Shown here: in pieces, positions 26,063 through 41,176 of the stretch
Numbering within the stretch: position 1 is the first letter of the stretch
Layout of the letters: each line of letters opens with the position of its first letter
Source: Podarcis gaigeae
Lineage: Eukaryota
DNA length: 64,000 nucleotides
NCBI GenBank assembly: GCA_964106915.2
Contig: OZ066925.1
Strand: one strand, 5' to 3'
Made by a program: the position numbers and the translations under genes
Notes under the pieces: generated by a model
Seen by the model: only the letters and a program-made list of their open reading frames with translations
Databases searched by the model: none
Told to the model about the DNA's origin: nothing

Positions 26063-26215
26063 AATTATTAAAAAATAATAGATTGTATTTTATGGGGAGG
26101 GGGAATTGCATTTTAACTGTTTGCTTTCATACAATACAATTATTAGAAATAATAGATTTAATTTTTATTGGGAGGGGGAATTGCATTTGAACTGTCTGTT
26201 TTCATACAATACAAT
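26063..26215. repeat. Older tandem duplication, period about 75 bp
   Basis: aataatagatt...ggagggggaattgcattt.aactgt.tg.tttcatacaatacaat occurs twice with several substitutions. Confidence 0.85.
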
Positions 26216-26402
26216 GGCTTCGCTCTCAATCCATGCAAAAGCCAATCTGAACCCCCACCTGTCATTGTTGAACATAATACAATTCATATAATGGATTAAG
26301 CTTACCCAAAACATTAGTTCACATTTCATTTGATTTATTAACTGAATTATTTTTGATGATTGATCTCCTTTCATGCCATCAGATTAATACTGAGGTATGT
26401 AA

Positions 26403-26633
<231 letters not shown>

Positions 26634-29620
26634 TAATGTATTGTGTAGGTTTTTAATTGAATCATAGCCTCCTATATTTTCGCTTCCACTTTTATCTTAT
26701 GTGTAGCCACCTATGGAGGGGCGAGGGTGTCTGTTTGAAATAAAGCACGATCTTTTCAGAAGAAAATCTTGCTGACTCTAAGCCATACGAAAACCTGCCT
26801 GTAAGTTTAACTGCACTGGCCAAGGTGAGGATGACAGAACCTGCTTCCTAATTTATAACATAAATTATTTTCTGTCCTAATGTGGAGCTGAATTGCAAGG
26901 ATGTGAATTATTTCCATCAAGGTGTCATAAAAGTTTATTCTTGCCTTTTACCTTGGTTTAATATTAGAAATGTACTTCATGCAGCATTTATCCCTGGCTG
27001 CTTAGACCATCATTTACCACACTGGCAGCATCCAAAACCACGAAGACACACTTCTGTGTGTAAATTTCCCCCCCACTCAGACTTGAAAGGAGTAAAATTT
27101 ATGGTGATGGTGGTGTTAAATAAAGCCAGCGGCATGAAGTATAGCATGGTTTTTGATCTGCTGCTGAACACAAGTGTGTCTTGTATTGCATTGCATGCAA
27201 AAAGAAAAAGGAAAGGGGGGAATGGGAAAAAAAGATAACTATCTATGAGTCCCGAGCGATGGAGATAAAATGAGTGCTATGCAGATGATATGGCCATTTT
27301 CCGATCTTCATCTGTAAAGAGAACACTCAGAATCATAATGCTCACTTTATTGAGGCAGGATTTTAGTGTTTAGGGTCTTTGATTGAATGTACTTGGAAAA
27401 TTAAATGACCTATAAAGCAATTATGATTCTGTGCCAGGATTTAAAGCTTTGTGGTGTAAAGGAAAATCCTGGCAATTCCTTGAAGATGTAAGTAGGACTT
27501 CAGGAGGTGGGGTGGGGAAGAGAAAGAGATTACCTTTATCTTGGGAGAGTAATTGCATTCACATTTTCTGCTCTCTTTGGTGAGAAAGGACCAAACATGC
27601 ATTTTATAAATGTAATCTTGGATTATATATTGAAGGGGTATTATGTTTTGACAAGTCCACCTATCCATCAGCAATTTCACTTTAAATTGATTAAAAGCAA
27701 ATGTCACTGTATATCAAATATATCTTATCAACTGCTTTTCATACTTGATAAATAGGGGAGTTCTCTCTCTCCTTGCCCCCAAGAATGATGAATGTGGTAT
27801 AGAAATCATTCATTCCTGAGTATTTTTTTTTTTTTTAGTTAATGGCTGACTAGGTACAATGGCATGTGGTGCTGTGACAAAGTAATAATTTTCTTACAGC
27901 AGCCTTCCCTGGGGACTTGGGAGGTAAGACTAAATGCTGCTATAAGACTGTCCCTCTTGTGAATGATCTGGTATTCATTTAGCTATGTATTCTAGGTACA
28001 AGTGGTAGTTGCTGCTGCTGCTGCTGAATGACAGCCCCTGCTCCCAAACATAATAAACCAGGATGTGTTATGCTTTAATGTTGCTTGGCTGTAAAGAAAA
28101 AAGTAAGGCTTAGCTAAAGTGTTGCTTTTCCTCATCAATAGTCTGCCACCTCCCAAATTAAAAAAACAAAAACAAAACTGGTGAAAATGTGAATTCAATG
28201 AGTTGTATCTAGAGAAGGCAACTCACAGAATTTTCTCTTCCCCTTTGTCCCTCTGTAGTCCTTGTGCCTGCCACAAAGTCTCTCCAGAGGGTAAGGGGGA
28301 CCTTTCAGATAGTGAGTGCTGTGTTGTGCTTGGCTGCCACAGAAAGAGGCTGGGGGCATACAAAATTGGGCAAAGGAATCTTCACAAGCCCTAGTTGGGC
28401 ATCTGTGAGAATTTGCAGAGGAGCAAAGTTACCCCTCTATAGCAAAGGTACAGCTCCCTTCACTGCAGAAAGGATCATTGAAGGCAAGGGAATTGGGCTA
28501 GGCAGACAGGGGCAATAGCAAACTCCCTCCATTTCCTCACATGACTCTGATTTTGGAAGTAGCTAAGTAACAAGTGATGTTTCAAGCCAACTTCTGTTAA
28601 GAGCAAAATTAAATTAAAACCATGATGTTAGCGGGAAAAGCCTTGCACCTTTCTTTAAACAGAAGAAGCAAAGCTCGTAAGGAAGGGCTGTGCTAACTAG
28701 ATCATCCCTCCTTGTTTGGAGAAATCAGGGGAAACAAACTCCAAAGCCCTAGAAGGAGGGGGTTGAGAGAGGATCAGGAAAAAAGACAAAAGACATGAGA
28801 TTCCAGTGCATAGGAGCATAGGTATGCTATCTTCATTTCAGTCATGGATAGAAAATGTATTACATTGTTGTGGAACACAAGTTCAAGCCTTTTTCGAAGG
28901 CTTGGCCTTGACTCCTGTGGTGAATTGCAGCTGCTATCTCTGCCATCTTTGCAATGTTTTTGCTGTCAATGGAGCTTATGTTTTGCACATAATGGCGCTA
29001 TAAAGGCTGCATAAATCAGGTCAAGACATTGTGGTGAGGAAAAATAATATATTTCAGTCTGAATGGACATTATAATCTCAAAGAGCAGACTCTCAGGTCA
29101 GCCAAGAAACACTACTCAGTGGCAACTTTACTGGTACTGCCATTGCGAGAAGTGTTATGTTTTCCTGGGAGGGCAGGAACAGGCAACCCATTAGTTTTTC
29201 ATTAAAACCGGGGAGCTTTTATTTTTTTGTATATTCTTCTTCTTGTGCTCAGTAAAACCAATTGCCGATGTCATCCCCAAGCTGCTAAACGTGGCATTTG
29301 TCACTGTAAAGATCAAGGTATTCAGAGTGAAGGGCATTGCAGTTCATCTATCATCCACATCTCTGTGTCAGGTATTTAGAAACAAAACAGGATACTAAGT
29401 GAATGGCTGCTGGTGGTATTCAGGACCTTCAGCTTGAGCAGGGTCAATTTGAACATTACAGCGCTATTGGGGAAATTCCACAAGTCCTTGGAAGTGCAGT
29501 TCTGACATAAGTTTTTTTAACTGTGTTTCAGGGTCACTGAATGGGCAGTTGCTGCTGTTATAATAATAATGCTGTCATAATAAATATTGTTGTAATAATA
29601 ACAAGATATATAGCCTGCTA

Positions 29621-29980
29621 GGGATGCGGGTGGCACTGTGGGTTAAACCACAGAGCCTAGGACTTGCCAATCAGAAGATTGGCGGTTCAAATCCCCGCGA
29701 CGGGGTGAGCTCCCGTTGCTTGGTCCCTGCTCCTGCCAACCTAGCAGTTCGAAAGCATGTCAAAGTGCAAGTAGATAAATAGGTACCACTCCGGTGGAAG
29801 GGTAAACAGCGTTTCCGTGCGCTGCTCTGGTTCGCCAGAAGCGGCTTAGTCATGCTGGCCACATGACCTGGAAGCTGTACGCCGGCTCTCTTGGCCAATA
29901 AAGCGATATGAGCGCCGCAACCCCAGAGTCGGTCACGACTGGACCTAATGGTCAGGGGTCCAAAGGGTATATAAAGACCT
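29621..29980 (+). mobile_element. Sauria SINE, copy 2, with a rearranged tail
   Basis: Full body; 14-bp TSD TATATAGCCTGCTA (29607-29620 and 29981-29994). Confidence 0.92.
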
Positions 29981-30699
29981 TATATAGCCTGCTATACTCA
30001 ATGGTCACTTTTATTGTGTGGAAAATAAAAGTAATCCAGTTCTGAAATACAGGTTTAATGGTTCCTGTGTCCTCTATGTTTAGTATGTCCATGTCAAAAG
30101 TCATTGTCATATAGAATGCCTGCCTTCTGCCTTGGGATCTTTGTCCGGACATCCTTTTCAAGGGTCTTCAAATTCTGACTGGCCTTTGTGACCAACCACA
30201 AATGGGTGTCTGCCAGGATCTCTCTCTTTCCACAAGGAGCAGGGTCTTGCCTCTGAGCTCAGGCTGCACCTCTAAAATGCAGTGGGAGGTCACAGACAAT
30301 CCCGTACCCTTCTCTCCAGGTCCAAGATTGTATCTGGGGAAGTGGTGGATGATTCTGTGCAATGCAAAAACAAGCTTCTGCTGCTCCCTGCAGCTTGGAT
30401 CTAGAGGTGTGGGGCAGAGGCTTACTATGCCTCTGGATTTGCTCAGAGCACCCAGCAAACAGCATAGTTACAAGCCACATATCTCTGTCTCAGCAGGAGA
30501 AAGACCAGGGAGGAGCAAATTGTCTCTCTTGGAGCCCTCACGCTCATGAGTTTGTACTAAGCCATAGTTAGTGAGATGCGTTAACAGGTTCTTTGTGCAA
30601 ATGATATACAAGAACAAATCCAGAAGAATCATTTCCCCTTTCCTTCAAATATTATATCATATAATAATTACAGTATAATTTTTTACTATAATAGCAACT

Positions 30700-31350
30700 G
30701 TAACCTAATTTGAGTGGTTTGGTATTAATCTATAGAAAACCAGCTGTGCATAGCATTGTTACAAAATATTCTCTCCTTGTTATAAATAAACCAATTAAAT
30801 ATCCAGGAATTTCACTTCAAAGAAAATTTAATCTAGGAGCTCAGGACATTGATCAGAAATTATTAAAAGAAACAATGAAAGATTTAGGTCACTAGACAAG
30901 ATAAAGGTATCCTTTTATCTTAGTCAGGTAAAATAGCTTTGATAAAAATGAATCTATTACCTAAAATATTCTTCCCCCGTTCAGAATCTACCAGTGAGGC
31001 ACAATTTAGCTATTTCACAATTATGGCAGAAAGTTACTCTTAACATTCATGTAGAATGGTAAACCTCCAATAGACGCTGGAAAGACATTATTTAAATCTG
31101 AATTACTTGGGGGTATAACATTATCAAAAATTAATTTATATTATTATGCATCTAAATTGATAATGAGAGTCTACTGGGTTTTATTGTATATAGTCACAAG
31201 CCCAGCAAAATATGAATTAAAAATGCCCTTTAGTTAATTAACTTTGGTTTCCAAAATTGGATCTTATCATTGGAGAGATAGATAAGACTATACTAAATAC
31301 ATGGTGCAAATTAAAGGTTCAACGTAGCCCTGGATCATCACCATACGTAT
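30700..31350 (+). mobile_element. Degenerate L1-clade LINE ORF2 fragment
   Basis: SGLVLI..K, IKYPGI and LSGKIALIKMNLLPKIFFPVQNLPV resemble the L1 post-RT LSLxGRIxxIKMxILPK motif; A-rich sense strand. Confidence 0.65.
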
Positions 31351-31355
31351 TGTTT

Positions 31356-31390
<35 letters not shown>

Positions 31391-31732
31391 CGCAGTTTTC
31401 CTTGATGCACATTTGGAAAATCTTTCTTTATGGTACAATTTGTATTAGTTCAGTCTTAAATCTATGATGTAATAACATTCTCTCTCTCCCCCCGCCCCTT
31501 GGAAATTATAAATTGATAAAGTGCAAGGACCAAGAGCTATTTTTACTAGTATGAAATATTTCAAGAGCCAAACAAAGGATATGCTGAGCAAGTGGTATCA
31601 GATGCTTCAAGAGTTAGAAAAGTTAAATTTAATTTGAAACATAAATTGGAAACTGCTCTGGACAATACCAGGATAGGGCTTGGAGAAACCCCTATCTGAA
31701 ACCACTCCGCAGAGCCAGTATTAGTTAGTTGT

Positions 31733-31765
<33 letters not shown>
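31733..31765. repeat. (TGA)11 microsatellite
   Basis: Read directly. Confidence 0.95.
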
Positions 31766-31766
<1 letters not shown>

Positions 31767-33854
31767 ATTAAATTTCTAGGATCACCGGGCAGTTTACAAT
31801 ACAAAAAACACAAAAGTACATAACAGTAACAAACAAAACAATTACACACACCGTTTTAAAGTCAATAGTTTGTTTAATTAGCCAAAGGCATGGAAATAAA
31901 GGAAAGCAAACTCACCTCCTTGCCCTTCCACCAGTAGGTGAAGCCATTTGTTCCAACAGGCTTCTTGGAACAGACTATAGTTTTAATAGTTTTTATATAT
32001 TCGTGCAGTTTTACTTTCATCAGTGTTTAATTGTTTGTTTTTAATGATAGTTTTTTCCTACGTTTTTAGCAGTTCTCATTTGTATATGCAAGTCACCTTG
32101 AGTCCCATCAGGGAAAGGTAGAGTATAAAGAAATAATAATAATTTCATCTGCTTGCTTGCTAATGGCATGCTTCTCTTACTAGCCACCAGAAGGCTGAGA
32201 TAATTTCTCAAAGGATAAAATTCATCTAAATAAAACTTAAATAGCAACACAACAGCATGTTGTAATAATCTGGCTGTGCTGCCAAGCAAAAGTGAGAGAG
32301 CAGAAAAATGTTGGATTCCAAACCATGAAAGATTGGAAGAGCAGGGTTTTTTGGATGACTCACTTTTTTCATCCCAAGATCCTGGGATGGTAACATAGAA
32401 CAGAAGTAGCCAATGTGGTGGCCTCCAGATGTTGTTAGACTGCATAGCTGATTGTCAGGGATGATGGGACAGAGTTCAATGGCATCTCGAGGGTACCATA
32501 TTGACTAAGCATGTTGAATATGGAAATGATGTGTAGAAAGGGGATGACAATTTTGTAGCTTCCCCACATACGTGACTAGTGCAATCAGCTGCTTGGCTGA
32601 GCCTTTTATTATATTGCTGAGATGCTTCAAAAAGTGTTAGATCTGAATGGAGAGTAGAGCCTATTTTACGGCAGAGATTATCATAAACTAGGAGTGGGGG
32701 AAAGAAATCAGAGAAGCTCTGTATTCTTAGGAAAGTTGTCATGGATCATTAATTATCCTGACATGTTAGGAATTGCATTTTGACAGATTGACATACCATA
32801 GGCTTATGGATGGCTTGTTAGGGGATTTTGGTTGGAGGATAATCAAGTGGCTCTTTAAGATTCTGGAATGGCATACAGAAGACATCTAATTGTGGAGTAA
32901 CCCGGAAAATCATAAATTGAGAATAGTGGGGCTGGGTATCTTCACTCATTCAAATAGATCTGAGGAGCATAATCAGACAACCTCTCTAACAGTGAAGTTG
33001 CAAGGCTTGAAATTCAGTTGCAGCCCTTCAACAGATCTCACTGTGCAAATAATTTTATCCAGTTGGTTGAGAAGGGGTACAGGTAGGCTAACCCATCCCT
33101 ACATAAAATACATTGTGACGGATTTTAGTCTTCCATATTGGTTCTATTTCTGTCATGTGGCTTTATTTTTATATCCAGTGTGTGCACGAGAGCAACTTTC
33201 AAAATCTAAAGCTCATAAATCTTTTAGAAATTGCTCTTGCATTTTTATCTCAGCGTGGCTATGCCACCTCTCGCTTTGCAAGGCTGCTTGTTTTTCTTTT
33301 ATTTATGCTGCATCAGCTATGAAAGCACAGTGAGGAGTAACAGCCTCATAACTGTAAATGGCTTAGAGGTGTTCAGCTCTTAATGCAACTTGAGCCATTT
33401 AGGGCTTCCCGACATTTTAGTTAATTTATTGGTTCAGGGTCGTTGTCCCCCTTTGTTTTTGCAGTTTTTTATTACTTATATTACCATACTTCTTGTAATA
33501 TATTTGTTGATTGTGTTAATTTTTTATCTTGTATTCTTAGCTGAACATGGATTCTGAAGCATCTGTTTGGATTATTTAGTTTTCAATCCAAGTCCAAATA
33601 CAGTATAGTCTAAAACCATTTAAGATACCCATTTTACAATAGCTTAAAAGTGAGGATTCACTGTCTACCAACCCAGGTGGTTATGTTCTACCCTCCACTG
33701 TTGAAAGCAGTATATATCTGAATAGCACTTGAAATCCATCTCTAGCAAATGTTGTCCCCATCTTCTAAATGGTTTGCAGGGAGGGAGGAAAAGCCAGGTA
33801 ACTACTGACTGGTCACTTGACCAGGAAAAGTACTAGAATAGCCAATTAAACAGT

Positions 33855-34040
33855 TGGTCTGCAATTATTTAGAAAATGATCCTGTGATTACTAAGACCCA
33901 GCATGGGATTCTCAAAAGCAAGTCAAATCTCATTTCTTTTTTGCTGTTGTTGATACAGTTACATGCTTGGTGGATCAGGGAAATGCTGTGGAAGTAGTGT
34001 ATCTTGATTTCAGTAAGCCTTTGACAATGGCCTCATGATA
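33855..34040 (+). mobile_element. CR1 reverse-transcriptase fragment
   Basis: YLENDPVITKTQHGILKSKSNLISF...VTCLVDQGNAVEVVYLDFSK, matching the CR1 QHGF and YLDFSKAFD motifs. Confidence 0.85.
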
Positions 34041-37000
34041 TCGAAGAGGATCAGAACCAGACAAGTACCATTTTAGGCCAGCAGCCACTATAGGCCAGAG
34101 GCCATGACCCTGAGGCTAGAGAATCACCTATTGCTTGCTTGCTTTTTGTAATCTCTACCCCCCCCCCCTTTGGAATGTACTGTTGAGGAACAGCAAGGAG
34201 AACACCCCCCTGTAACAATAGTGAAGATAAAGAACAAGTAGAAAAAGCTTAATAGTGTACCTTGATTCTATGGCAACATATATGTTAACACTTTGAAACC
34301 AATCGGCATGTAACACAATATACCCTCCTAGGCATGCCAACTCTAGGGGGCTGAAGGCACATCAACCCCCTTAATATTTGTTTTAAGAGAGCTGGGCCCA
34401 CTCAGTCTTGAGGTGGCCCTGCCTATTGCAGGTCCAGTGGCTGGCTCCTCCAGAGTGCTTGGCGTCTTCTGTTTGCACGTACAGTCACACATGCACAATG
34501 CATGTGATGTGATGCATGCTGGGGGGCCCCAATCTTGGGGGCAACCTAACGCCTCTGTACCCTCCTGATGACTTGATGTAAGCAACATGTATAAAAATAC
34601 CTCCTCAACACAATACCTATGAGCCTCACAACCTTGGCCTCGTGGTTCATGAGGAGAGATTGATTTGGATGACATACTAAGCCAAATCTTGCCTTAGCCT
34701 AACACAGCTTGGGAGGGGGGAACCCATGGAAGAGCAGAGAAGCTGTGAGTTCCCCTCTGGCCACAGTCATGTGAACTAGGCTAGTGATGGTAAAACACAT
34801 ACAGTAGCAAACTCCTCAGGGAAAAGACAGGACCGCTTAAGGGACCATTTCTGCTTAAAGGTCCATTTCTGTTTAAAGGCCACAGTGCATAGGTCTTATC
34901 TAAAGACTCTACAGGAATTAATTTTATGAATGTGGAATTTATATATAAAACACCACTGTCCAACCTGGTCAAGGCAACTCACAATTTTATATAATGTATT
35001 AAAAGTAATTCTAAAACTGCTTCCTGAAAATATAGCCCCAGCCTAAAGTCCCTTATTATTGTCATTATTAATCCATTCAATTGCTAAACTGTCCTTCATC
35101 AACTATTATCCCAGGGTGGATTGAAGAATCAACTTAAATACATTAAAATAATAAAAGTTAGTAACCAATTAAGCACAAAAAGCCAAAGAGACATAAAAAA
35201 AATTCTGGTTCTCTCTTTGGAAGAAAAGAAGGCCTACCATTTTAAATTATACCCACTGGGAATTATAGTGAGCAGGACTTTGAACCAGGTTGCTGAATTT
35301 ATCTACATGACCATATGTGCAGGTGCATGGCTACTTAGAAAGAGTTGGTGTGAACCGAGCCATATAAAAAGTAAGCTGGGGCGATTATGTGGTCTTGAAT
35401 TTAGCAATGCCTACACAGATTGACATTCTAACCAAAGCCTAGCTCCCTTCCAATAGCAGCCTGCCCATGTTTTAAGATCTGCTAGTGAAGTTAAATAGCT
35501 TTAAGGAGTGAGTTGTCTCCATCTTGAAGCCCCAACCATGTAACACCCTCTCCAAGAAGTATTCTGACCTTGTTATATTTTCCAATTCCAAGTGAGAACT
35601 TTTATCTTTGCCGAGACATTTTAGTTGTGCAGTCTATCCTATTGTATTTACAACCCCATAAAGTTGTTTTGATTTGTAATTTGGGTATATGACCATTTTT
35701 GGCTTTATCTTATATAGTGCCCTAGTATCTAATTGATGAAGGGTGGTTCTAAAATCTTTTAAGTGAATACATAAAAAAAATACAATAGATGCATCTCATT
35801 TATTTAATCTTCTTTGATAATTGCAGTTTAAATAACTGCATTTAACTACCATGCATCTTTCAAAATAGCAACCTCCTAAATAAGAACTCCGACTGATTGT
35901 GTCAGCCTCTTTGTTTTCACTCCTTTCACCCCATGGGGTTTTGAAATTATAGTTAATGATTAGAAAATAAAACACAACTCAAGATGCTATGCAACAGAGT
36001 TCTAAAAGGGAGAAAGATAGCATTTGTAATTCTGGATTATAAATAATAGAGGAACCTACCAATGCAAAAATAGTTCTCAGATGTGTATTATAATTGTATG
36101 TGATAATTGCAGCTGACATACCCTCTGCTGGATATCTTTTTATTCATTTTTTAAATACTCGTGACAGAAGAGTGGGAGCAGGGATCTTAGCATCTTCCTT
36201 AGTTTGGTGAACCTAGAAGTGATTTTTTTTGGAGAGAGAGATGTTCATGTGTTCTCTGTAAAAATAATTAACCAGATTTGTTTCAGACTTTGAACAATAT
36301 ATTAAACTACTGAAAATAGTTTCTTATGATGAATAGACCACCCACCGTCTACATTTAGCACAAAATGAATGTGTTAACTTAGGAGATATTATTGAAATTT
36401 CCAGAGTCAGACAATATGGTTTGGATTTATGAAATACAGTTTATTGACTTTCTTTGGGATTCTCAGTATGTAATAGATGACATTTGAAACTTAATCCTGG
36501 ATGTTAAAGATGACATTGTAGGGAGGGAGAATAACTGTGTTAAAATTATCTGGCATGCCAATCAGTTGCAAAGAGCTAAAAGGCTTAAAAGTCATGAAAG
36601 GGTTTATAATCAGTAGAGGCCCCTAAAATGTCTGAAGGAGTGGCAGAGGAATAGAATCAGCCCTTTTGGGCTCTGAGCAAAAGTCAGGCTAGTCCAGCAT
36701 CCTGTTTTCCACAGTGGTGAAGCAGATGCTTCTGGGATGTCTACAAACAGAATATGAGTGTGATTGCTGCCTCTTGTTGCAACCTCCAGATAAGTGGTAA
36801 TCAACAGAATTCACCTTCTGAATCTGGAAGTTCCATGTATCTGTTTTGAGTAGTAGATCAACCAAACCTCCACAGTTTGTCCCACAAGTTCCAAAACACA
36901 TGGCTGTAGTTGCATTTTGCAAGGGGAACACCAGTAATGAGCAAGCTGCCTGCCATGGCTCATCTTCTCATTGAGTATTCCCAAGGTTTTCCAGGTCACA

Positions 37001-40000
37001 GTTTGAAAGCCACTGGCTTAAATCAGGAAAGACACAAAAGCTTGCATATATTAGAGACAAGAATGTTCTTAATCATGGTGGATTAAATACAGTGCAATGG
37101 CTTTTGATCCAGTGGGACTCATCTGCTATTGAAAGAGTAAGGGAGGTGATGATTGCCAGTTCCCCCTTCCTACTACATTGCTCTTTTTGTGAATCGGCCC
37201 TTGCACCCTCTTCTCTTATGTTAATGGATGCAGTATTTCCTTGGCAGAGGCTTGACTTATTTCTTAAATTAGGTGGAGGTACTGAGAATTTACTTAATTA
37301 GGCAGAGGATATTCTGGTTTAATGAATAAAACAAATACTTTGCTTTTTTATCAGTTAAGGAGTTTCAGAAATTTAGTGATTTCACAAGTATGTTCACATC
37401 CTGGGGCAACAGGTCATTTCCATCTTAATTTCTATAATAGACCTGTGGTTTGAAAAATTACATTTATGATAGGATGTTAATATTTCATCTCTTCTCCCAG
37501 ACACCTCTGCATTTAATAATGAGTACCGGTATGTTAATTTTATTTCTGTATAATGATAGCTGTTGCTTCCTGTTTTAAAGAAAGTTATATTTTGAATCTT
37601 CTAATAATAATGTAAAACACACCTTACTACCTACACAACGTTTCTCATCTCCACTAACTACATAAGCTCTTAAACAAGTCGAAATCTTATTAATCCTGTC
37701 ATGCGATAACAATGTGTAATAATAAAAAAATCTGTTCGTCAAAACTGCAATTACTTTCATTAAACAAAACCCACAAGTTAAATTAATGTAAGAGAGCTCA
37801 GTTTAAATGCTGCATCTGTTATTCACAAATATTGTTTTGTACCTCCTTTCTATAGTTGCCTGGGCAAAAACATGCACAGCTGAAGAGATGTAATTATCAC
37901 ACGGCTGAAGGCCAACCACAAGTAGGCCCCACACATGGCAATTAGATGTTTTGTATATTCAATAAATACACAGCCGTGAGAGTGATTGGGTTCTATATGG
38001 GAAGTGAATGGGCATTTAATGGGGGGCTCCAACTCCAATAAGCAAGTAGGGTAGCCTAAGCAGATTTGAACCTGTGTTCAGCTTTGTAAAGACAACACGC
38101 GCACACACATACACACACACACACACACACATGAGAGAGAGGGAGAGACCAGGAAGTATATAAATTCTGTGTAAAAGTTTGCCAGATACAAGTCTTCAAC
38201 CCACTTCTAGTAAAAACTTCTCTGCATTTCTGTATCCTTTATACATGTTAATTTCTCCCCAAACAGTTTCCCCAAAACCTCACTTCTGCTGGAGAAGTCC
38301 TTGGTAAAAGGCATAATGTCTAAAAACTACAATTAAAGAAATCGGTCACAAAGATAGCTTGGTGCAAGGCTATTTATTAGTAGGATCAGATGAAATTTAC
38401 TCTGCTCAGGTGTGGCAGTTATATTGGGGTCTGAAAACAAACTTGACTAACCTTGTCAAACATCAGTATTCGTTTGTGCCAGGTTTCACAGAGCTAAAGT
38501 GCCCTCTTCTTTGTCCTACCCCACATCAGTATCTCTGGCCATAGTTTAAGCCTCCAAGAACCCAAATTTGCTCTGCATTCCTTGATAACTGCAGAGCCAT
38601 CATTCTCAGAAACAACCCTTGAGCCAATACTGATATTAGCTTTCTCTACTTCTGTCTATAGGGCACATGTAGGTAACTGGGGAAACAAGGTCAAAAATGC
38701 AAACTCTATAACTATGAAAAGTTCAGAAGAAAATTTTGCTTGTGAACCTGGTAATGTGTTTAGTACCTTTGCTGCAAGGATGGGGAACCTGTGTCTTTTG
38801 TAGTCCAACAACAAATGAATATGTCATACACACGGATGTGTGTATGCATTCTGTGTTTCCGGTGTATACATAGTTGAAGGCAGCAAGGCTCCAGAATAGG
38901 GAAAGGGTTTTCTTATTGACCTTCCATACTTTATAAACGTATGCCCCTGTTAAAAGTAAGAGCAGCATTCTGCTTTATTATGGTGTTATTTTTACAGAAG
39001 GGAGATTTTGAGGCATGGGAATAAACTGAGAAAGCTTAAAGATGCTCTAACTCTTGTGTCTGTGTGCACATTTATAGAGCTTAAGTCCAAGTGTTGAAAT
39101 AGTAAAGCTCTTGTCACCACATTTTCACAAGCTTTGTTAGCCTAATTCTGTAACTGAAATAACATATGCTAACACTCCCTTTCTACATCTAAATTATAGA
39201 CACTGGTAAAACTGGAAATAAGCAGCTAACGTTTTATTAATGTCTAGATTGTTTTGAATTTATAGACATATTTCCTTTGAAGATATGAATGACCCACAAC
39301 TGCCACCCAGCTGTATGAAAATGATTGTGACGTATCCTAAAAAAAACTGACTGTGTTGTTGCCAGCAATGTAATAAGAACATTACTTGGGTTGCCAAAGT
39401 GTGGCTTGGCCTTCTCTGGCCTCTATACTCATGTGCTGATATCGTCCCTTTGGATAAAATTGAGTTGTAATTGAAATAACTATGGTATGAAGTGACACAA
39501 TCCACTTAAAATTTAACCAAACATACACAAATGTGGTCTATACTTTTAAAACAAAAACTCTGCAAAAATATAAAATAAAATAAATCTCAAAGCAGACTGG
39601 TGAATTTTGTAATCACCTTTAACTCAGTCTGTAGCATGGGACCCACTGTTCATCTTTTTGCTGCCTTAATTTGTCTTTATAATTTATTCCCCCTTTCTCT
39701 ATTCTCTTTACCTCTGACTCTCCTCACACTTCCCTCTTTCTCTTTTTACCAACATGTACACAAAGATAGAAAATCGTATTGAGGGGAAGGGATTTGTTGA
39801 CATTCATTTGTCTCAAGAGTAAATAGAATGGCTGCAGAGGCTGGCAACTTGTAACTGCTGCCTTCCGCTTGTTTTTTTTGCTGCATTAGCAGCACTAAAG
39901 TGACCTCTCTGGGTTTAAGCCTGGGCAGTGTGTATGGAGGTCCTGGGCTGCCCAGACAACAAGACCCCGCTCTCAGCCTCGCTGACGTTTCCCAAGGAAA

Positions 40001-40826
40001 GCAGAACAATACGTTTGGCAACAGCTTGGCTGCAGGAGTTGGTGGAAGGAAGCATACAAGATACCACCCATATTTGTGTGTTTACTTTGCTAAATGTGGT
40101 ATACAGCCTCTGCAAGTGTTGAATAATGGGTAGAGTGGATCAGGACAAGTAACTGAAGTTGTGTGTTAGAATAATTGGAGATTTTGATTGGTGTTGTCAA
40201 GAGGTTGATGTTGTCAAGAGGTTGCCAGGCAGAATACCTACCCTCACCCTGTCTACCTTGTTCTGGAGAGAGAAAACATCTGGAAAGACTTATCTCGACA
40301 TCTCTTCTGAGCACATGCAATGAAAGGGACTCTCTGAAGCAGCATTATGTTAAGGAGTTTATTTTTATTTTGAAAAAGGTTTCTCTTATCACTCAGTACA
40401 AAAAGGAGAAAATACATCAGTTTACAACACTAATAAACTAAGACAACAGACACAGAATAACAGCAGCCAGTTCAAAACTCTGCTCTGTCAAAAGTTTTAA
40501 AGACACAGGTTCTTCAGATATCTGGGTGCCAAGCGATATAGGGCTGATGAGAGTTGTAGTTCAAGAACATCTGGAGGGCCAAGAGTTCCCCACTCTTGCT
40601 TTTGCAAAAGTGCACACCTTCCTCTAATACAGGTTTTCCCACATTGCGGCGGAATCTACACATATATTAAAAAGTTCTGAAAATGCTTTTTTTTAAAAGC
40701 GTTTTAAAAAATACATTACATTTTCTATAAGGCTTACAATCGCTATCTAGTGTCACATTGTATATTGCACTTAAAACACACTTAAAACGTTTTATTTGCA
40801 GCTGCATAGCTGAGTCCTATAGCTGA

Positions 40827-41176
40827 GAGATGCAGGCAGCGCTGTGGATTAAACCACAGAGCCTAGGGCTTGCTGATCAGAAGGTTGGTGGTTCAAATCC
40901 CGTGAGCTCCCGTTGCTTGGTCCCTGCTCCTGCCAAACTAGCAATTCGAAAGCACATCAGATAAAGCAAGTAGATAAATAGGTACCGCTCCAGTGGGAAG
41001 GTAAATGGCGTTTCCGTGCGCTGCTCTGGTTCGCCAGAAGTGGCTTAGTCATGCTGGCCACATGACCTGGAAGATGTACGGCCGCTCCCTCAGCCAGTAA
41101 AGTGAGATGAGTGCCACAACCCCAGAGTCAGCCACGGCTGGACCTAATGGTCAGGGGTCCCTTTACCTTTACCTTT
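40827..41176 (+). mobile_element. Sauria SINE, copy 3
   Basis: Body similar to the other copies with a ctttacctttaccttt tail; only a short possible TSD (tagctg). Confidence 0.9.

Noticed and set aside
39900-40133. Protein-looking ORF (TSLGLSLGSVYGGPGLPRQQDP...) in non-repetitive sequence
   Set aside because: No convincing acceptor/donor pair in phase 2-2 and no similarity to Par3 as I recall it; it may be regulatory, but I cannot support that.
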